In this document: in pieces, positions 10,172 through 20,029 of the stretch
How positions within the stretch are numbered: position 1 is the stretch's first letter
Layout of the letters: each line of letters starts with the position of its first letter
From: Arenicellales bacterium
GTDB lineage: Bacteria > Pseudomonadota > Gammaproteobacteria > Arenicellales > JBFEOO01
Length of the DNA stretch: 64,000 bases
Assembly: GCA_041550555.1 (NCBI GenBank)
Contig: JBFEOO010000012.1
Span: 1,756-65,755, forward strand
Direction: 5' to 3'
The notes under the pieces: model-generated
The model's database searches: none
What the model was told of the DNA's origin: nothing
What the model saw: only the letters and a program-made list of their open reading frames with translations
Program-made: the position numbers and the translations under genes

Positions 10172-10945
10172 GTGCGCGTGATCACCCTCAACGTCAACGG
10201 TATCCGCTCGGCAGAGCGCAAGAGTCTGTTCGCCTGGCTGCGGCGGCAGCGCGCCGACGTCGTGTGTCTTCAGGAGCTCAAGGCCCAGCCCGAGCAGCTC
10301 GAGCAGCCGGCGTTCCAGCTGCGCGGCTATCGACGCTACGTGGTCAGCGCCGAGAAAAAGGGCTACAGCGGTGTCGCCGTGTACTGCCGGCCGTCCCCCG
10401 AGCGGATCGTCGAGAGGATAGGGCTGACCCAGTTCGACGCCGAGGGGCGCTACCTGCAGGTGGACTTCGGTGCGCTCAGCGTCGCCTCCATCTACATTCC
10501 CTCGGGGTCGAGCGGCGAGCAGCGCCAGGCGGTGAAGTTCGACATGCTCGAGGGCTTGAAGCCCATTCTGAGCGGGTTCCGCCGTCGCCGCCGCGAGTAC
10601 ATCCTCTGCGGCGACTGGAACATCGCGCACCGGGAGATCGATCTGCGCAACTGGCGGTCGAATCGGCGCAACTCGGGCTTCCTGCCCGAGGAGCGGGCCT
10701 GGCTCGACTGGCTCTACGGCGAGATCGGGTTCTGCGATGTGTTCCGGCAGCTCGATCCGCGCGAAGGGCAGTACACGTGGTGGTCGAACCGCGGGCAAGC
10801 CTGGGCCAAGAACGTTGGCTGGCGTCTCGACCTGCAGGTGGCGACGCCGCGCATCGCCGCGCTCGCGCGTGCGGCCAGCATCTACAAGAGAAAGCGTTTC
10901 TCGGACCACGCGCCGCTCACCGTCGACTACGACTACCAACTGTAG
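10172..10945 (+). CDS. xth: Exodeoxyribonuclease III / AP endonuclease
   Basis: TLNVNGIR, CLQELK, GYSGVA, SIYIPSG, GDWNIAH, YTWWSNR, GWRLD, SDHAP. Confidence 0.92.
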   Translation: MRVITLNVNGIRSAERKSLFAWLRRQRADVVCLQELKAQPEQLEQPAFQLRGYRRYVVSAEKKGYSGVAVYCRPSPERIVERIGLTQFDAEGRYLQVDFGALSVASIYIPSGSSGEQRQAVKFDMLEGLKPILSGFRRRRREYILCGDWNIAHREIDLRNWRSNRRNSGFLPEERAWLDWLYGEIGFCDVFRQLDPREGQYTWWSNRGQAWAKNVGWRLDLQVATPRIAALARAASIYKRKRFSDHAPLTVDYDYQL

Positions 10946-10983
10946 CCTCGGTGCTGCGGTGGCGGCGGGCCACCGCCCCGATG

Positions 10984-12339
10984 TCAGGTGGTGGCCGCCG
11001 ACGCCGATTCCCGCTGCGGATCGCGCGCCGGAAAACGACGTATCATCCACAGCAGCAGGATCAGTCCCGGCAGGGCCGCCACGGTGGTCAACACGAAGAA
11101 CGTCGTCCAGCTCACCTGATCGGCCAGCCAGCCCGCCCCGGAAGACATGACGGTGCGGGAGAACGCCATGAAGGAGGTCAGCAGGGCGTACTGGGTGGCC
11201 GTGTAGGCGACGTTCGTGAGGCTGGAGAGATACGCCACGAACGCCGTCGTGCCCATGCCCGTGGTGATGTTCTCGACCGCGATGGTGAGCGTGAGCATTC
11301 CGAGATGGTGCCCGGCCCAGGCCTGCGCCACGAATATCAAGTTGGACAGCGCCATCAGCACCCCGCACACCACCAGTCCCCGCATGATGCCCATGCGGCT
11401 GACCACGAGACCGCCGAGAAATCCCCCGGCGATGATGGCATTGAAGCCGAAGATCTTGGCGATCTCTGCGATCTCGGTTTTGGTGAAGCCGATCTCGAGA
11501 AAGAAAGGCACTTTCATCACGGCCAGCACGGCATCGCCGAACTTGTACAGCATGATGAACAGCAGGATTGCCGCCCAGCCGCGGCGCTGCATGAAATCCG
11601 TGAACGGGCAGATCACGGCGCCGTAGAGCCAGGCGGCAGCGCTGACCATCGCCGGGGGTAACTGCGGGCGTTTGCGTAGAAACGCCCGCAGCCGCTCCTC
11701 GTCGGCAGCGATGCTGGCTTGCGCGGGCCTGCGCGGCTCCGGGCTCAGCAGGATCGCGATGCTCCCCACCAGCACCATCAGCGCCATGCCGGCGAAGACC
11801 ATGGGCCACGGGAAGTGATCGGCGAGGATCAGCCCCGCCGCGCCCCCGCCGACCTGACCGATGCGCCAGCCGAAGACCACCGACGCCGCGCCGGCCCCCA
11901 GCTTCTCCTCCTCGAGGATTTCCACGCGGTAAGCGTCGATGACGATGTCCTGGCTGGCCGAGGCGAACGCCACCGCCAGCGCCAGCAGGCCGGTCCACCA
12001 GAGGTCGCGCGCCGGGTCGGTCATGCCCATGGCGATGACGGCCGCCATCAGCAGAAGCTGCGTCAACAGCGTCCAGCCGCGGCGTCGGCCGAACGTTGCG
12101 CTCAACAGCGGCAGGGGCACGCGATCGATGATGGGCGCCCAGACAAACTTGAGCGAGTAGGGAACGCTGACCAGCGCGAACAGCCCGATGGCCGTCTTGC
12201 TGACACCGGACTCGGCGAGCCACGCGGTCAGCGGTTCAGCGATGACACCGAAGGGCAGGCCGCTGGAGAAGCCCAGGAACAGTATGGCGATGATGCGGCG
12301 GTCGAGATAGACCCGCGCGGACTCGGCCCAGGATTTCAC
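10984..12339 (-). CDS. ampG: Muropeptide MFS permease
   Basis: LGFSSGLP, YSLKFVWAP, SASQDIVIDAYR, YTATQYALL. Confidence 0.92.
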   Translation of the reverse strand: MKSWAESARVYLDRRIIAILFLGFSSGLPFGVIAEPLTAWLAESGVSKTAIGLFALVSVPYSLKFVWAPIIDRVPLPLLSATFGRRRGWTLLTQLLLMAAVIAMGMTDPARDLWWTGLLALAVAFASASQDIVIDAYRVEILEEEKLGAGAASVVFGWRIGQVGGGAAGLILADHFPWPMVFAGMALMVLVGSIAILLSPEPRRPAQASIAADEERLRAFLRKRPQLPPAMVSAAAWLYGAVICPFTDFMQRRGWAAILLFIMLYKFGDAVLAVMKVPFFLEIGFTKTEIAEIAKIFGFNAIIAGGFLGGLVVSRMGIMRGLVVCGVLMALSNLIFVAQAWAGHHLGMLTLTIAVENITTGMGTTAFVAYLSSLTNVAYTATQYALLTSFMAFSRTVMSSGAGWLADQVSWTTFFVLTTVAALPGLILLLWMIRRFPARDPQRESASAATT

Positions 12340-12425
12340 CGTGACTCAGCGGAGGCCATCAGGGTCGATGCGCGCGCCCGGTGCGGTGGCCGCGCCGCGT
12401 CGATGGCCACCCCCTCGTATTGCCC

Positions 12426-14456
12426 TCAGTAGCGCGCTGCCCCGCGACTCTGGGCTCTGCTGATAGACACCACGCGATCGCGGTCGATGACCCGAGGCTC
12501 GTCGGTGTCCACCGCGAGCTCGGGCGGTTCTTCGTAGAGGTGCTCGAGGATCTCCTGGACCATGCGCGATCGCTCGTTGAGCTCGTCGAGCCGCTTCTGC
12601 AGATCGCTCACCCGATTGCCGAGCGACGTGTGGCTGCCGTGCAGCTTTTGCAGATTGTCGAGGCGGCGCTCCAGGTTGGTCTTGTGGTCCTGGATCTGCG
12701 TGTAGATCGGCGCCAGCACCGCTTTGGCCCAATTGCGCGCCGCCGCGCTGCAGTCGACCACGGTGGTGCGCCCCCGTGCCACGATGGTGACGAAGAATTT
12801 GCGGATCACATAGTGCTGCTCGGTGACCAGCATCATGGGGCTCTTGCGGAATTCCTCGGCTTCGGCCTCGAGCTCCCTGAATTCCTCGATGAAGCCCGCC
12901 ACCGGGAACTCCGGTGGCGTGATCGCGGGAAGCCCGTGGACCGTGTGGAAGCGCTCGTAGCTCTTGTTCACCAGCGCACGCACCTCGCCGGCTTCCCTCT
13001 CGGCGCGCGACATCGACTCCGACGCATAGCGGAAGAGCATTTCAATGCCGCTGCGCAGACCGCGCGTGGTCCAGCTCCCCTGCATGCGGTCGTGCGACTG
13101 CGCGACCACGCGGTCGAACCGCTTGACGCTGAGGTGGCTCAGGAACTCCGACACCTGCTTCGAGAGCAGCTCGCGCGATTCTCTGAAGCTCACCACCTCG
13201 GCGTCGTAGGCGGACTTCTGCCGCTTGAGTTTCTGGGCCATATCGCTGATCACATCGCGGCTCTTGTTGCGCAGCAGCGAGATTTCCTCGAGCTCGCTGC
13301 GAGTCGCCTCGATCTGGTTGCTGATGATGTCGTTGGAGGCCTCGACGATGCTGCCGATCTCCACGAGCACCTTGTTGCGAAGCATCTGATGCTTGAAAGC
13401 GACGATGTCCTCCGAGAGCCGCTTCTCGAGCGCCGGCAGCCCGCTGCGCGCGACCAGCTCGGGATCGTTCTTGGCCTTGCCGAGCAGGCCCTTGTACGCC
13501 GAGACGGGGAATACGCTGCGTCGGCCCAGATCGAGCACACGCATGGTTTCCTCCGCCTGACGATTGATCTCTTCCTCGATCTCGGCCGCATCGCGCAGCT
13601 CGTCCCACAGCGTGTCGATCTTGTTGAGGATCGCGATACGGGATTCCGTGCGGCCGCGCGTGGCGACGCAGACGTGATTGCGCCACACGGCGAGATCGCT
13701 GCGGGTGACGCCGGTGTCGGCGGCGAGCACGAACAGGATGGCGTGCGCGCTCGGCAGCATGCCCAGCGTCAGCTCGGGCTCGGCACCGAGCGCATTGAGC
13801 CCCGGCGTGTCGATGACCATGAGGCCCTTCTCGAGCAGGCGATGGGGGTAGTTGATGCGCGCGTGACGCCACACCGGGACCTCGACCCCGCCGTCCTTGA
13901 GCTCGACCCCCCGCAGCAGGTCGCCGTGGGAGACGAAGCCCAGCGCCTGCGCCTGGCGAACGGTGACCGTTTTGGTGCGGACGATCTCCTGCAGCGCATC
14001 CGCCATCTCGTCTGCGGAGTCGAGATTGAGCGGCACCGTCGTCCAGTTGATGTTGGTGCTCTTGAGCTCCGAGATGGTGATGGCCGACTTGCGTGTTTCG
14101 ATGGGCAACAGCCGGATGCAGGGCTCGACCTTCGGGTCGTACACGATCTCTGTAGGGCACATCGTGGTGCGCCCCGGCGTCGACGGCAACAGCCGGCGGC
14201 GGTAGTCGCCGAAGAATATCGCGTTGATCAGCTCGGTCTTGCCCCGCGAGAACTCGCCGACGAGGGCGATGGTGAGCTTGTCCGCCCGCAACAGCTCGAG
14301 CAGCTCGAACATGCGCAGCTCGTCGCTGGACGTCTTCTCCGATTGCTCAATGAACCAGCCCTGATAGGACTCGAGCGCATGTAGGAGCTTCAGGCGCCAG
14401 CGCTCGTAGGCATCGAGTCGCTGTCCGAAACGGTCCGTTACGGCCGTGATTTCCAC
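12426..14456 (-). CDS. Bacterial dynamin-like GTPase
   Basis: G1 VGEFSRGKTELINA, G2 GRTTMCPT, G3 DTPG, G4 NKID, long helical C-terminus; GTG start at 14456 chosen. Confidence 0.85.
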   Translation of the reverse strand: MEITAVTDRFGQRLDAYERWRLKLLHALESYQGWFIEQSEKTSSDELRMFELLELLRADKLTIALVGEFSRGKTELINAIFFGDYRRRLLPSTPGRTTMCPTEIVYDPKVEPCIRLLPIETRKSAITISELKSTNINWTTVPLNLDSADEMADALQEIVRTKTVTVRQAQALGFVSHGDLLRGVELKDGGVEVPVWRHARINYPHRLLEKGLMVIDTPGLNALGAEPELTLGMLPSAHAILFVLAADTGVTRSDLAVWRNHVCVATRGRTESRIAILNKIDTLWDELRDAAEIEEEINRQAEETMRVLDLGRRSVFPVSAYKGLLGKAKNDPELVARSGLPALEKRLSEDIVAFKHQMLRNKVLVEIGSIVEASNDIISNQIEATRSELEEISLLRNKSRDVISDMAQKLKRQKSAYDAEVVSFRESRELLSKQVSEFLSHLSVKRFDRVVAQSHDRMQGSWTTRGLRSGIEMLFRYASESMSRAEREAGEVRALVNKSYERFHTVHGLPAITPPEFPVAGFIEEFRELEAEAEEFRKSPMMLVTEQHYVIRKFFVTIVARGRTTVVDCSAAARNWAKAVLAPIYTQIQDHKTNLERRLDNLQKLHGSHTSLGNRVSDLQKRLDELNERSRMVQEILEHLYEEPPELAVDTDEPRVIDRDRVVSISRAQSRGAARY

Positions 14457-14694
14457 GGTTCTTCGTCTACTCCCTGCGGGCGCGTCAACAGGCGCCGTGG
14501 TCGAGGTTGGCGGCGGCAGGTGCCGCCATGCCGGGCGCCCAGACCTCCGTGCGCGCGCAGCAGTCACCCCCGCAACGCCGCACATCCGGCCGTTTCTCGC
14601 CCAGCATCGTAAAGCTAGACACTCGCATCGGAGTTGGTCAAGGAACACCGGTCGGATGCGCGGCGGGCCGCGACGCATGGTCCCCCGCCGCGGG

Positions 14695-15015
14695 CTATGA
14701 CGACCCGCGCGGCGCGGCGACCGTCTCCCGACCGAGGATGCCCAGCTCGGGCGGCAGCCGAGACGGTTGCCTGATGCGGACAACTTTGGAGCGGTTCGTC
14801 CAGCCCGTGACGAGCTCGACATCGCGCCGGCGGACGCCGAACAGCGCCGCCAGCCAGCCCTCGAGCGCGGCGTTGGCCCTGCCGTCCACCGGTGGGGCCT
14901 TGAGACGGACGGTCACGCACTCCGCGTCAACGCGGACAACCGCGTTGTCCCGGGCTCGCGGCTGCACCTTTATGCGCAGCAGCAAATCGTCGCCGTCCCA
15001 GCGATATCGGGCCAT
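14695..15015 (-). CDS. yggU: DUF167/YggU family protein
   Basis: IKVQPRA, LKAPPVDGRAN, GWTNRSK. Confidence 0.9.
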   Translation of the reverse strand: MARYRWDGDDLLLRIKVQPRARDNAVVRVDAECVTVRLKAPPVDGRANAALEGWLAALFGVRRRDVELVTGWTNRSKVVRIRQPSRLPPELGILGRETVAAPRGSS

Positions 15016-15040
15016 GGCCGGCGGCCCGCTCTGCAGCCGA

Positions 15041-15622
15041 TCAGCGCGCCAGCAGCACGCCGTAGTCGAGCAGCGGCTGCACGACGACCCGCAACAGCAC
15101 TCCGAGGACGATGAAAACGGCAATCGGCGAGAGATCAAGGCCGCCGATCGGCGGGATGATGCGGCGGGCGGGTGCCATGATCGGCTCGGTGATGCGGGTG
15201 ACCAGACCGGTGACGGGGTTGTAGGTGTGCGCAGCGACCCAGCTCAGCACGATGCGCACGAGAATGGCCACCATGACCGCGTAGACGCCCAGCTGAAGCA
15301 CGTCGCCGATCCCCCATACGATTGCACCGGCGGGCCGGGGCACGGCGCCGTGCAGCGCGAAGAGAAGATAGAACTTCAGCCACGCGAGCAGCAGCAGCAG
15401 CACCACGGCGGCGAGATCAATACCCCACAAACCGGGGATCACCCGTCGCATCACCTTGAGCGGCGGGTTCGTCATGGCGACGATGAACTGCGAAATCGGG
15501 TTGTAGAAGTCCGCGCGCACCAGCTGAAACCAAAGGCGCAGCAGGACGACGACCATGTACAGGCCGATCAGCGTGTCGACGAGAAAACCGCCAGCGTCCC
15601 CCATGTAGCCACCGCCCATCAT
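15041..15622 (-). CDS. yggT: YggT family membrane protein
   Basis: RADFYNPISQF, TNPPL, IPPIGGLDLSP; ATGA overlap with proC stop. Confidence 0.93.
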   Translation of the reverse strand: MMGGGYMGDAGGFLVDTLIGLYMVVVLLRLWFQLVRADFYNPISQFIVAMTNPPLKVMRRVIPGLWGIDLAAVVLLLLLAWLKFYLLFALHGAVPRPAGAIVWGIGDVLQLGVYAVMVAILVRIVLSWVAAHTYNPVTGLVTRITEPIMAPARRIIPPIGGLDLSPIAVFIVLGVLLRVVVQPLLDYGVLLAR

Positions 15623-16446
15623 GCCTCCCCGAACAGCTCGGCCAGCTCGCGCGAGCGTTTCTGCGCCGCAGCGAGCGCGGCGGCGACCGTGTTGGCCAGC
15701 CCGTTTTGGTCGAAGACGCCGCAGGCGGCCTCGGTGGTACCTCCCGGCGACGTGACCCGCCGGCGCAGCTCCGCAAAGCTCTCGTGGCTCTCGAGCGCGA
15801 GCTTCGCGGCGCCGAAAGCGGTCTCGAGGGTGAGCAGCCGCGCGGTCTTCGCGTCCAGGCCGAGGCGAGCGGCCCCGGCCTGCATCGCCTCCATCAGGTA
15901 GAAGAAGTAAGCGGGGCCGCTGCCGGACAGCGCCGTCACCGTGTCCAGCAGCGCCTCCGTGTCGAGCCACACGGTGACGCCCACCGCCCGCAGCACCGAC
16001 TCGGCGTCGTCACGTTGCGCCGCGCTGACGAATGCATTCGCGAACAGGGCGCTGGCGCCCGACCTGACCAGCGCCGGCGTGTTGGGCATGGCGCGAACGA
16101 TGGGCAGCTCATCGCCGAGCCAGCGCTGCATCGCCTCGAGCCGCACCCCTGCGGCGATCGAGATGAGCAGCGGGCGGCGCGCACGCACGCCCGGCGCCAG
16201 GCGTTCGAGGACCGCTCGCAGCGTCTGCGGCTTTACCGCCAGCACCACGATATCCGATGCCGTTACCACGTCGTCGTTGTCGGCAAGCGTGCGGACATGG
16301 AACTGCTGCGCGAGCGCCTCGCGCTTGTCCTCGGCAATGTCCGATACGCACAGTCTGTCGGCCGGAACGCCGTTGGCGATCAGGCCGCCCACGAGGCTGC
16401 GCGCCATGTTGCCGCCGCCGATGAAACCGATTCGTTGCTCCGTCAT
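15619..16446 (-). CDS. proC: Pyrroline-5-carboxylate reductase
   Basis: GFIGGGNMA, LAVKPQ, RAMPNTP, SGSGPAY, VTSPGGTT. Confidence 0.97.
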   Translation of the reverse strand: MTEQRIGFIGGGNMARSLVGGLIANGVPADRLCVSDIAEDKREALAQQFHVRTLADNDDVVTASDIVVLAVKPQTLRAVLERLAPGVRARRPLLISIAAGVRLEAMQRWLGDELPIVRAMPNTPALVRSGASALFANAFVSAAQRDDAESVLRAVGVTVWLDTEALLDTVTALSGSGPAYFFYLMEAMQAGAARLGLDAKTARLLTLETAFGAAKLALESHESFAELRRRVTSPGGTTEAACGVFDQNGLANTVAAALAAAQKRSRELAELFGEA

Positions 16447-16512
16447 GGTGTTTCTGTCCTGACCTCGTGATGTGCTCTGTGATGCGGTAGTGTGCGACGG
16501 CGCCGCCCCGTC

Positions 16513-17262
16513 TCAGCCTGATGCAGGCTCCGCCGCTCCGGCGTGCGCCGCGGCGCGGCGCTCATCAGCGCCGGCCCGCGGCGGGCGCGCTCCGAAAACG
16601 GCGGTTCCGACCCGCACGTGGGTCGATCCCTCGGCGATGGCGGCCTCGATGTCGGCGCTCATGCCCATCGACAGCGTGTCCAGCCGAAAGCCTCTCGCCT
16701 GCAGCCGCTGCTGCGCCGCCCGCAGGCGCCGGAAGACGGCGCGCTGGGCGTCGAAATCAGGGCTCGGGGCGGGGATCGCCATCAACCCGCGCAGTCTGAG
16801 ATGCGGCATGGCCGACACCGCCCGCGCCAGGGGTTCGAGCGCATCGGGGTCGACACCGCCCTTGGTGGCCTCGCCCTCGATATTGACCTGCAGGCACACG
16901 TTGAGCGCACCTCGCTGCGCAGGACGATGCTCGCTCAGGCGCTGCGCCGTCTTGCTCCGATCGACGCTGTGCACCCAGTCGAAATGGCGCGCAATGTCGC
17001 GGCACTTGTTGCTTTGCACGTGGCCGATGAAATGCCACTCGAGGCCGAGCGCTTCGAGCGCTGCAATCTTCTCGAGCGCCTCCTGCAGGTAGTTCTCGGC
17101 AAAGGCGCGCTGGCCGAGCCCGGCGGCCGCACGGATGGCGTCGACCGGCTGTGTCTTGCTCACGGCGATCAGCGCCACCGCGCCCGGCGGTCGCCCGTAG
17201 CGCCGTTCCGCCTCACGAATGCGCTGCCGTACATCGGTGAGGCGCTGCGCGAGATCCGCCAT
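16513..17262 (-). CDS. yggS: PLP homeostasis protein YggS
   Basis: AVSKT, ENYLQE, WHFIGHVQSNK, GLMAIP, LSMGMS, VRVGTAVFG. Confidence 0.96.
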   Translation of the reverse strand: MADLAQRLTDVRQRIREAERRYGRPPGAVALIAVSKTQPVDAIRAAAGLGQRAFAENYLQEALEKIAALEALGLEWHFIGHVQSNKCRDIARHFDWVHSVDRSKTAQRLSEHRPAQRGALNVCLQVNIEGEATKGGVDPDALEPLARAVSAMPHLRLRGLMAIPAPSPDFDAQRAVFRRLRAAQQRLQARGFRLDTLSMGMSADIEAAIAEGSTHVRVGTAVFGARPPRAGADERRAAAHAGAAEPASG

Positions 17263-17383
17263 CCTTGTAGCCCCCGCATCCACAGTTATACTGAAGGAAG
17301 ATATAGCAACGCCGGGCGGTTGGCCATACCGCAGCGGCGGTCGCCGAGCGAACCTACAGTGCGTTCCGAGGAATACGCCCGTA

Positions 17384-18472
17384 ATGGACATTGCCGAGCT
17401 GCTTGCCTTTTCTAACAAGAAGGGCGCGTCAGACCTCCACATATCGTCCGGTCTGCCGCCGCTCATCCGGATAGACGGAGACATCCGGCGCATCAACGTC
17501 GATCCGCTCGATGAGCGCGTCGTTCACGCCATGCTCTACGACATCATGAACGACAAGCAGCAGAAGAACTTCGAGGAGTTCCTCGAGCACGACTTCTCGT
17601 TCGAGCTGCCGAACATCGCGCGTTTCCGGGTGAACGTGTTTCACCAGCAGCGCGGACCCGCGGCGGCGTTCCGGACGATTCCGACACGCGTGCTCAGCCT
17701 CGAGGAGCTCAACACGCCGTCGATTTTCGCCGAGGTGTCGATGCGGCCGCGCGGGCTGGTGCTGGTGACGGGTCCGACCGGTTCAGGAAAGTCGACCACG
17801 CTCGCCGCCATGGTCAACCATGTCAACGACAACCAGAATGCGCACATCCTGACCATTGAGGACCCCATCGAGTTTCTGCACACCAGCAAGAACTGTCTGA
17901 TCAACCAGCGCGAGCTGGGGCCCCATACGCTGGGCTTCGCGGAGGCGCTGCGCTCGGCGCTGCGCGAAGACCCGGACGTCATTCTGGTCGGCGAGATGCG
18001 CGATCTCGAGACAATCCGCCTCGCGCTCACGGCCGCGGAAACCGGGCACCTGGTATTCGCCACGCTGCACACGACCTCGGCGCCCAAGACCATCGACCGC
18101 ATCATCGACGTCTTCCCCGCGGGGGAGAAGGACATGGTGCGCGCCATGCTGTCGGAATCGCTGGCCGCCGTCATCTCCCAGACCCTGCTCAAGCGGCCCA
18201 ACGGCGGACGCCTCGCCGCCCACGAGATCATGATCGCGACGCCGGCGATTCGAAATCTGATCAGGGAGAACAAGGTTCCGCAGATGTACTCCGTCGTGCA
18301 GACCAGCCAGTCGCTCGGCATGCAGACCATGGATCAGTGCCTCATCGACCTCGTGCGCAACCGCATGGTTTCGCTCGACGAGGCCCGTTCGCGGGCAACC
18401 GACAAGTCCAAGTTTCAACAGCAGATGGCGGCCCGCACGGGCGCTGCCGCCAGCGGGGGGAAACGGCGCTGA
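17384..18472 (+). CDS. pilT: Type IV pilus retraction ATPase PilT
   Basis: ASDLH, GPTGSGKSTT, TIEDPIE, LREDPD, AIRNLIRE. Confidence 0.97.
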   Translation: MDIAELLAFSNKKGASDLHISSGLPPLIRIDGDIRRINVDPLDERVVHAMLYDIMNDKQQKNFEEFLEHDFSFELPNIARFRVNVFHQQRGPAAAFRTIPTRVLSLEELNTPSIFAEVSMRPRGLVLVTGPTGSGKSTTLAAMVNHVNDNQNAHILTIEDPIEFLHTSKNCLINQRELGPHTLGFAEALRSALREDPDVILVGEMRDLETIRLALTAAETGHLVFATLHTTSAPKTIDRIIDVFPAGEKDMVRAMLSESLAAVISQTLLKRPNGGRLAAHEIMIATPAIRNLIRENKVPQMYSVVQTSQSLGMQTMDQCLIDLVRNRMVSLDEARSRATDKSKFQQQMAARTGAAASGGKRR

Positions 18473-19584
18473 TGGTTTTCACTGATTTTCTCAAGCTGAT
18501 GGTGCACCGGAAGGCGTCGGATCTGTTCATTACCGCCGGCGTGCCGCCGAGCATCAAGGTGGATGGCAAGATCGAGCCGGTGACGCGCCAGGCGCTGACG
18601 GCGGAGCAGTCGCGTGATCTCGCTTACAGCATCATGAACGAGGAGCAGCGCCGCGAGTTCGAGGCGACCAGGGAGTGCAACTTCGCCATCCATCCGGTCG
18701 AGATCGGCCGTTTCCGCGTCAATGTCTTCGTACAGCAGTCGCGGGTGGGAATGGTGCTGCGCACCATCCAGACCTACATTCCCAAGTTCGAAGAGCTGCA
18801 CCTTCCGCCCGTGCTCAAAGATCTTGCCATGGCGCGTCGCGGCCTCATCATCTTCGTGGGCGGTACCGGCACGGGTAAGACGACCTCGCAGGCATCGCTG
18901 CTCGGCTATCGCAACGAGCACTCGTACGGACATATCGTCACCATCGAGGACCCGATCGAGTTCGTGCACGAGCACAAGAACTGTGTGGTCACGCAGCGCG
19001 AAGTCGGTGTGGACACCGAGTCGTTCCAGGTGGCCCTCGTCAACGCGATGCGGCAGGCTCCGGACGTCATCCAGATCGGCGAGATTCGCACGCGCGATAC
19101 GATGGACAACGCCATCATCTTTGCCGAGACGGGTCATCTCTGCCTCGCTACGCTGCACGCCAACAACACCTACCAGGCGCTCGATCGCATAATCAACTTC
19201 TTTCCGGAGGAACGGCGCGGTCAGCTGCTGATGGATCTGTCGATGAACCTGCGAGCGCTGGTGTCCCAGCGTCTGCTGCCGATGAAAGGCCGCAAGGGGC
19301 GGGTGCCGGCGATCGAGATCATGATCAACTCACCGCTGATCTCGGACACCATCCTCAAAGGCAAGATTCATGAGATCCGCGACATCATTTCCCGCTCGCG
19401 GGAGTCGGGCATGCAGACCTTCGACCAGTCGTTGTTCGATCTCTACGAGGACGGCCTGATCACCTACGACGAAGCGCTGCGCAGCGCGGAGTCGCAGAAC
19501 GATCTGCGGCTGCGCATCAAGCTCGAGAGCCGCGACTCGAAGGACCGCGAGCTCGGGGAATCGCTGCGCAACGTCACCTACTAG
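18472..19584 (+). CDS. pilU: Type IV pilus retraction ATPase PilU
   Basis: ASDLFIT, GGTGTGKT, RQAPDVI, TLHANN, GMQTFDQ; translationally coupled to pilT. Confidence 0.95.
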   Translation: MVFTDFLKLMVHRKASDLFITAGVPPSIKVDGKIEPVTRQALTAEQSRDLAYSIMNEEQRREFEATRECNFAIHPVEIGRFRVNVFVQQSRVGMVLRTIQTYIPKFEELHLPPVLKDLAMARRGLIIFVGGTGTGKTTSQASLLGYRNEHSYGHIVTIEDPIEFVHEHKNCVVTQREVGVDTESFQVALVNAMRQAPDVIQIGEIRTRDTMDNAIIFAETGHLCLATLHANNTYQALDRIINFFPEERRGQLLMDLSMNLRALVSQRLLPMKGRKGRVPAIEIMINSPLISDTILKGKIHEIRDIISRSRESGMQTFDQSLFDLYEDGLITYDEALRSAESQNDLRLRIKLESRDSKDRELGESLRNVTY

Positions 19585-19633
19585 CGTTCTTCACGCCGGC
19601 CGCCACGCCCGATCGCGAGCCGAGAACGACGCC

Positions 19634-20029
19634 GTGGCAGGCATCGAGCTCCGCGGACTCGATCATCTCGTGCTCACCGTCGCGGACGTCGAGGCGACCT
19701 CACGCTTCTACTGCGACGTCCTCGGCATGCGGGCGACGGTGTTCGGTAACGGGCGCCGCGCGCTGCTGTTCGGTACCCAGAAGATCAATCTGCATCAGCA
19801 CGGCCGCGAGTTCGAGCCGAGGGCTGCCCGACCGACCCCGGGCTCCGCCGATCTTTGCTTCATCGCCCAAACGCCGCTCGATGAGGTGATCACCCACCTG
19901 CAGCGGCTCGGCGTCGAGATCATCGAGGGCCCCGTGCGCCGCACCGGCGCCACCGGCCCGATCGATTCGGTCTACGTGCGCGATCCTGACCTCAATCTCG
20001 TGGAGATCGCCAATCAGGCGCGCGACTAG
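19634..20029 (+). CDS. VOC/glyoxalase family protein
   Basis: LDHLVLTV, QKINLH, PGSADLCF, YVRDPDLNLVE. Confidence 0.88.
   Translation: MAGIELRGLDHLVLTVADVEATSRFYCDVLGMRATVFGNGRRALLFGTQKINLHQHGREFEPRAARPTPGSADLCFIAQTPLDEVITHLQRLGVEIIEGPVRRTGATGPIDSVYVRDPDLNLVEIANQARD

Noticed and set aside
10172-10945. Possible Crc catabolite repression protein, given its position next to pyrE as in Pseudomonas
   Set aside because: Retains ExoIII catalytic residues (Y in SIYIPSG, GDWN, SDH), some of which Crc lacks, so it is called xth
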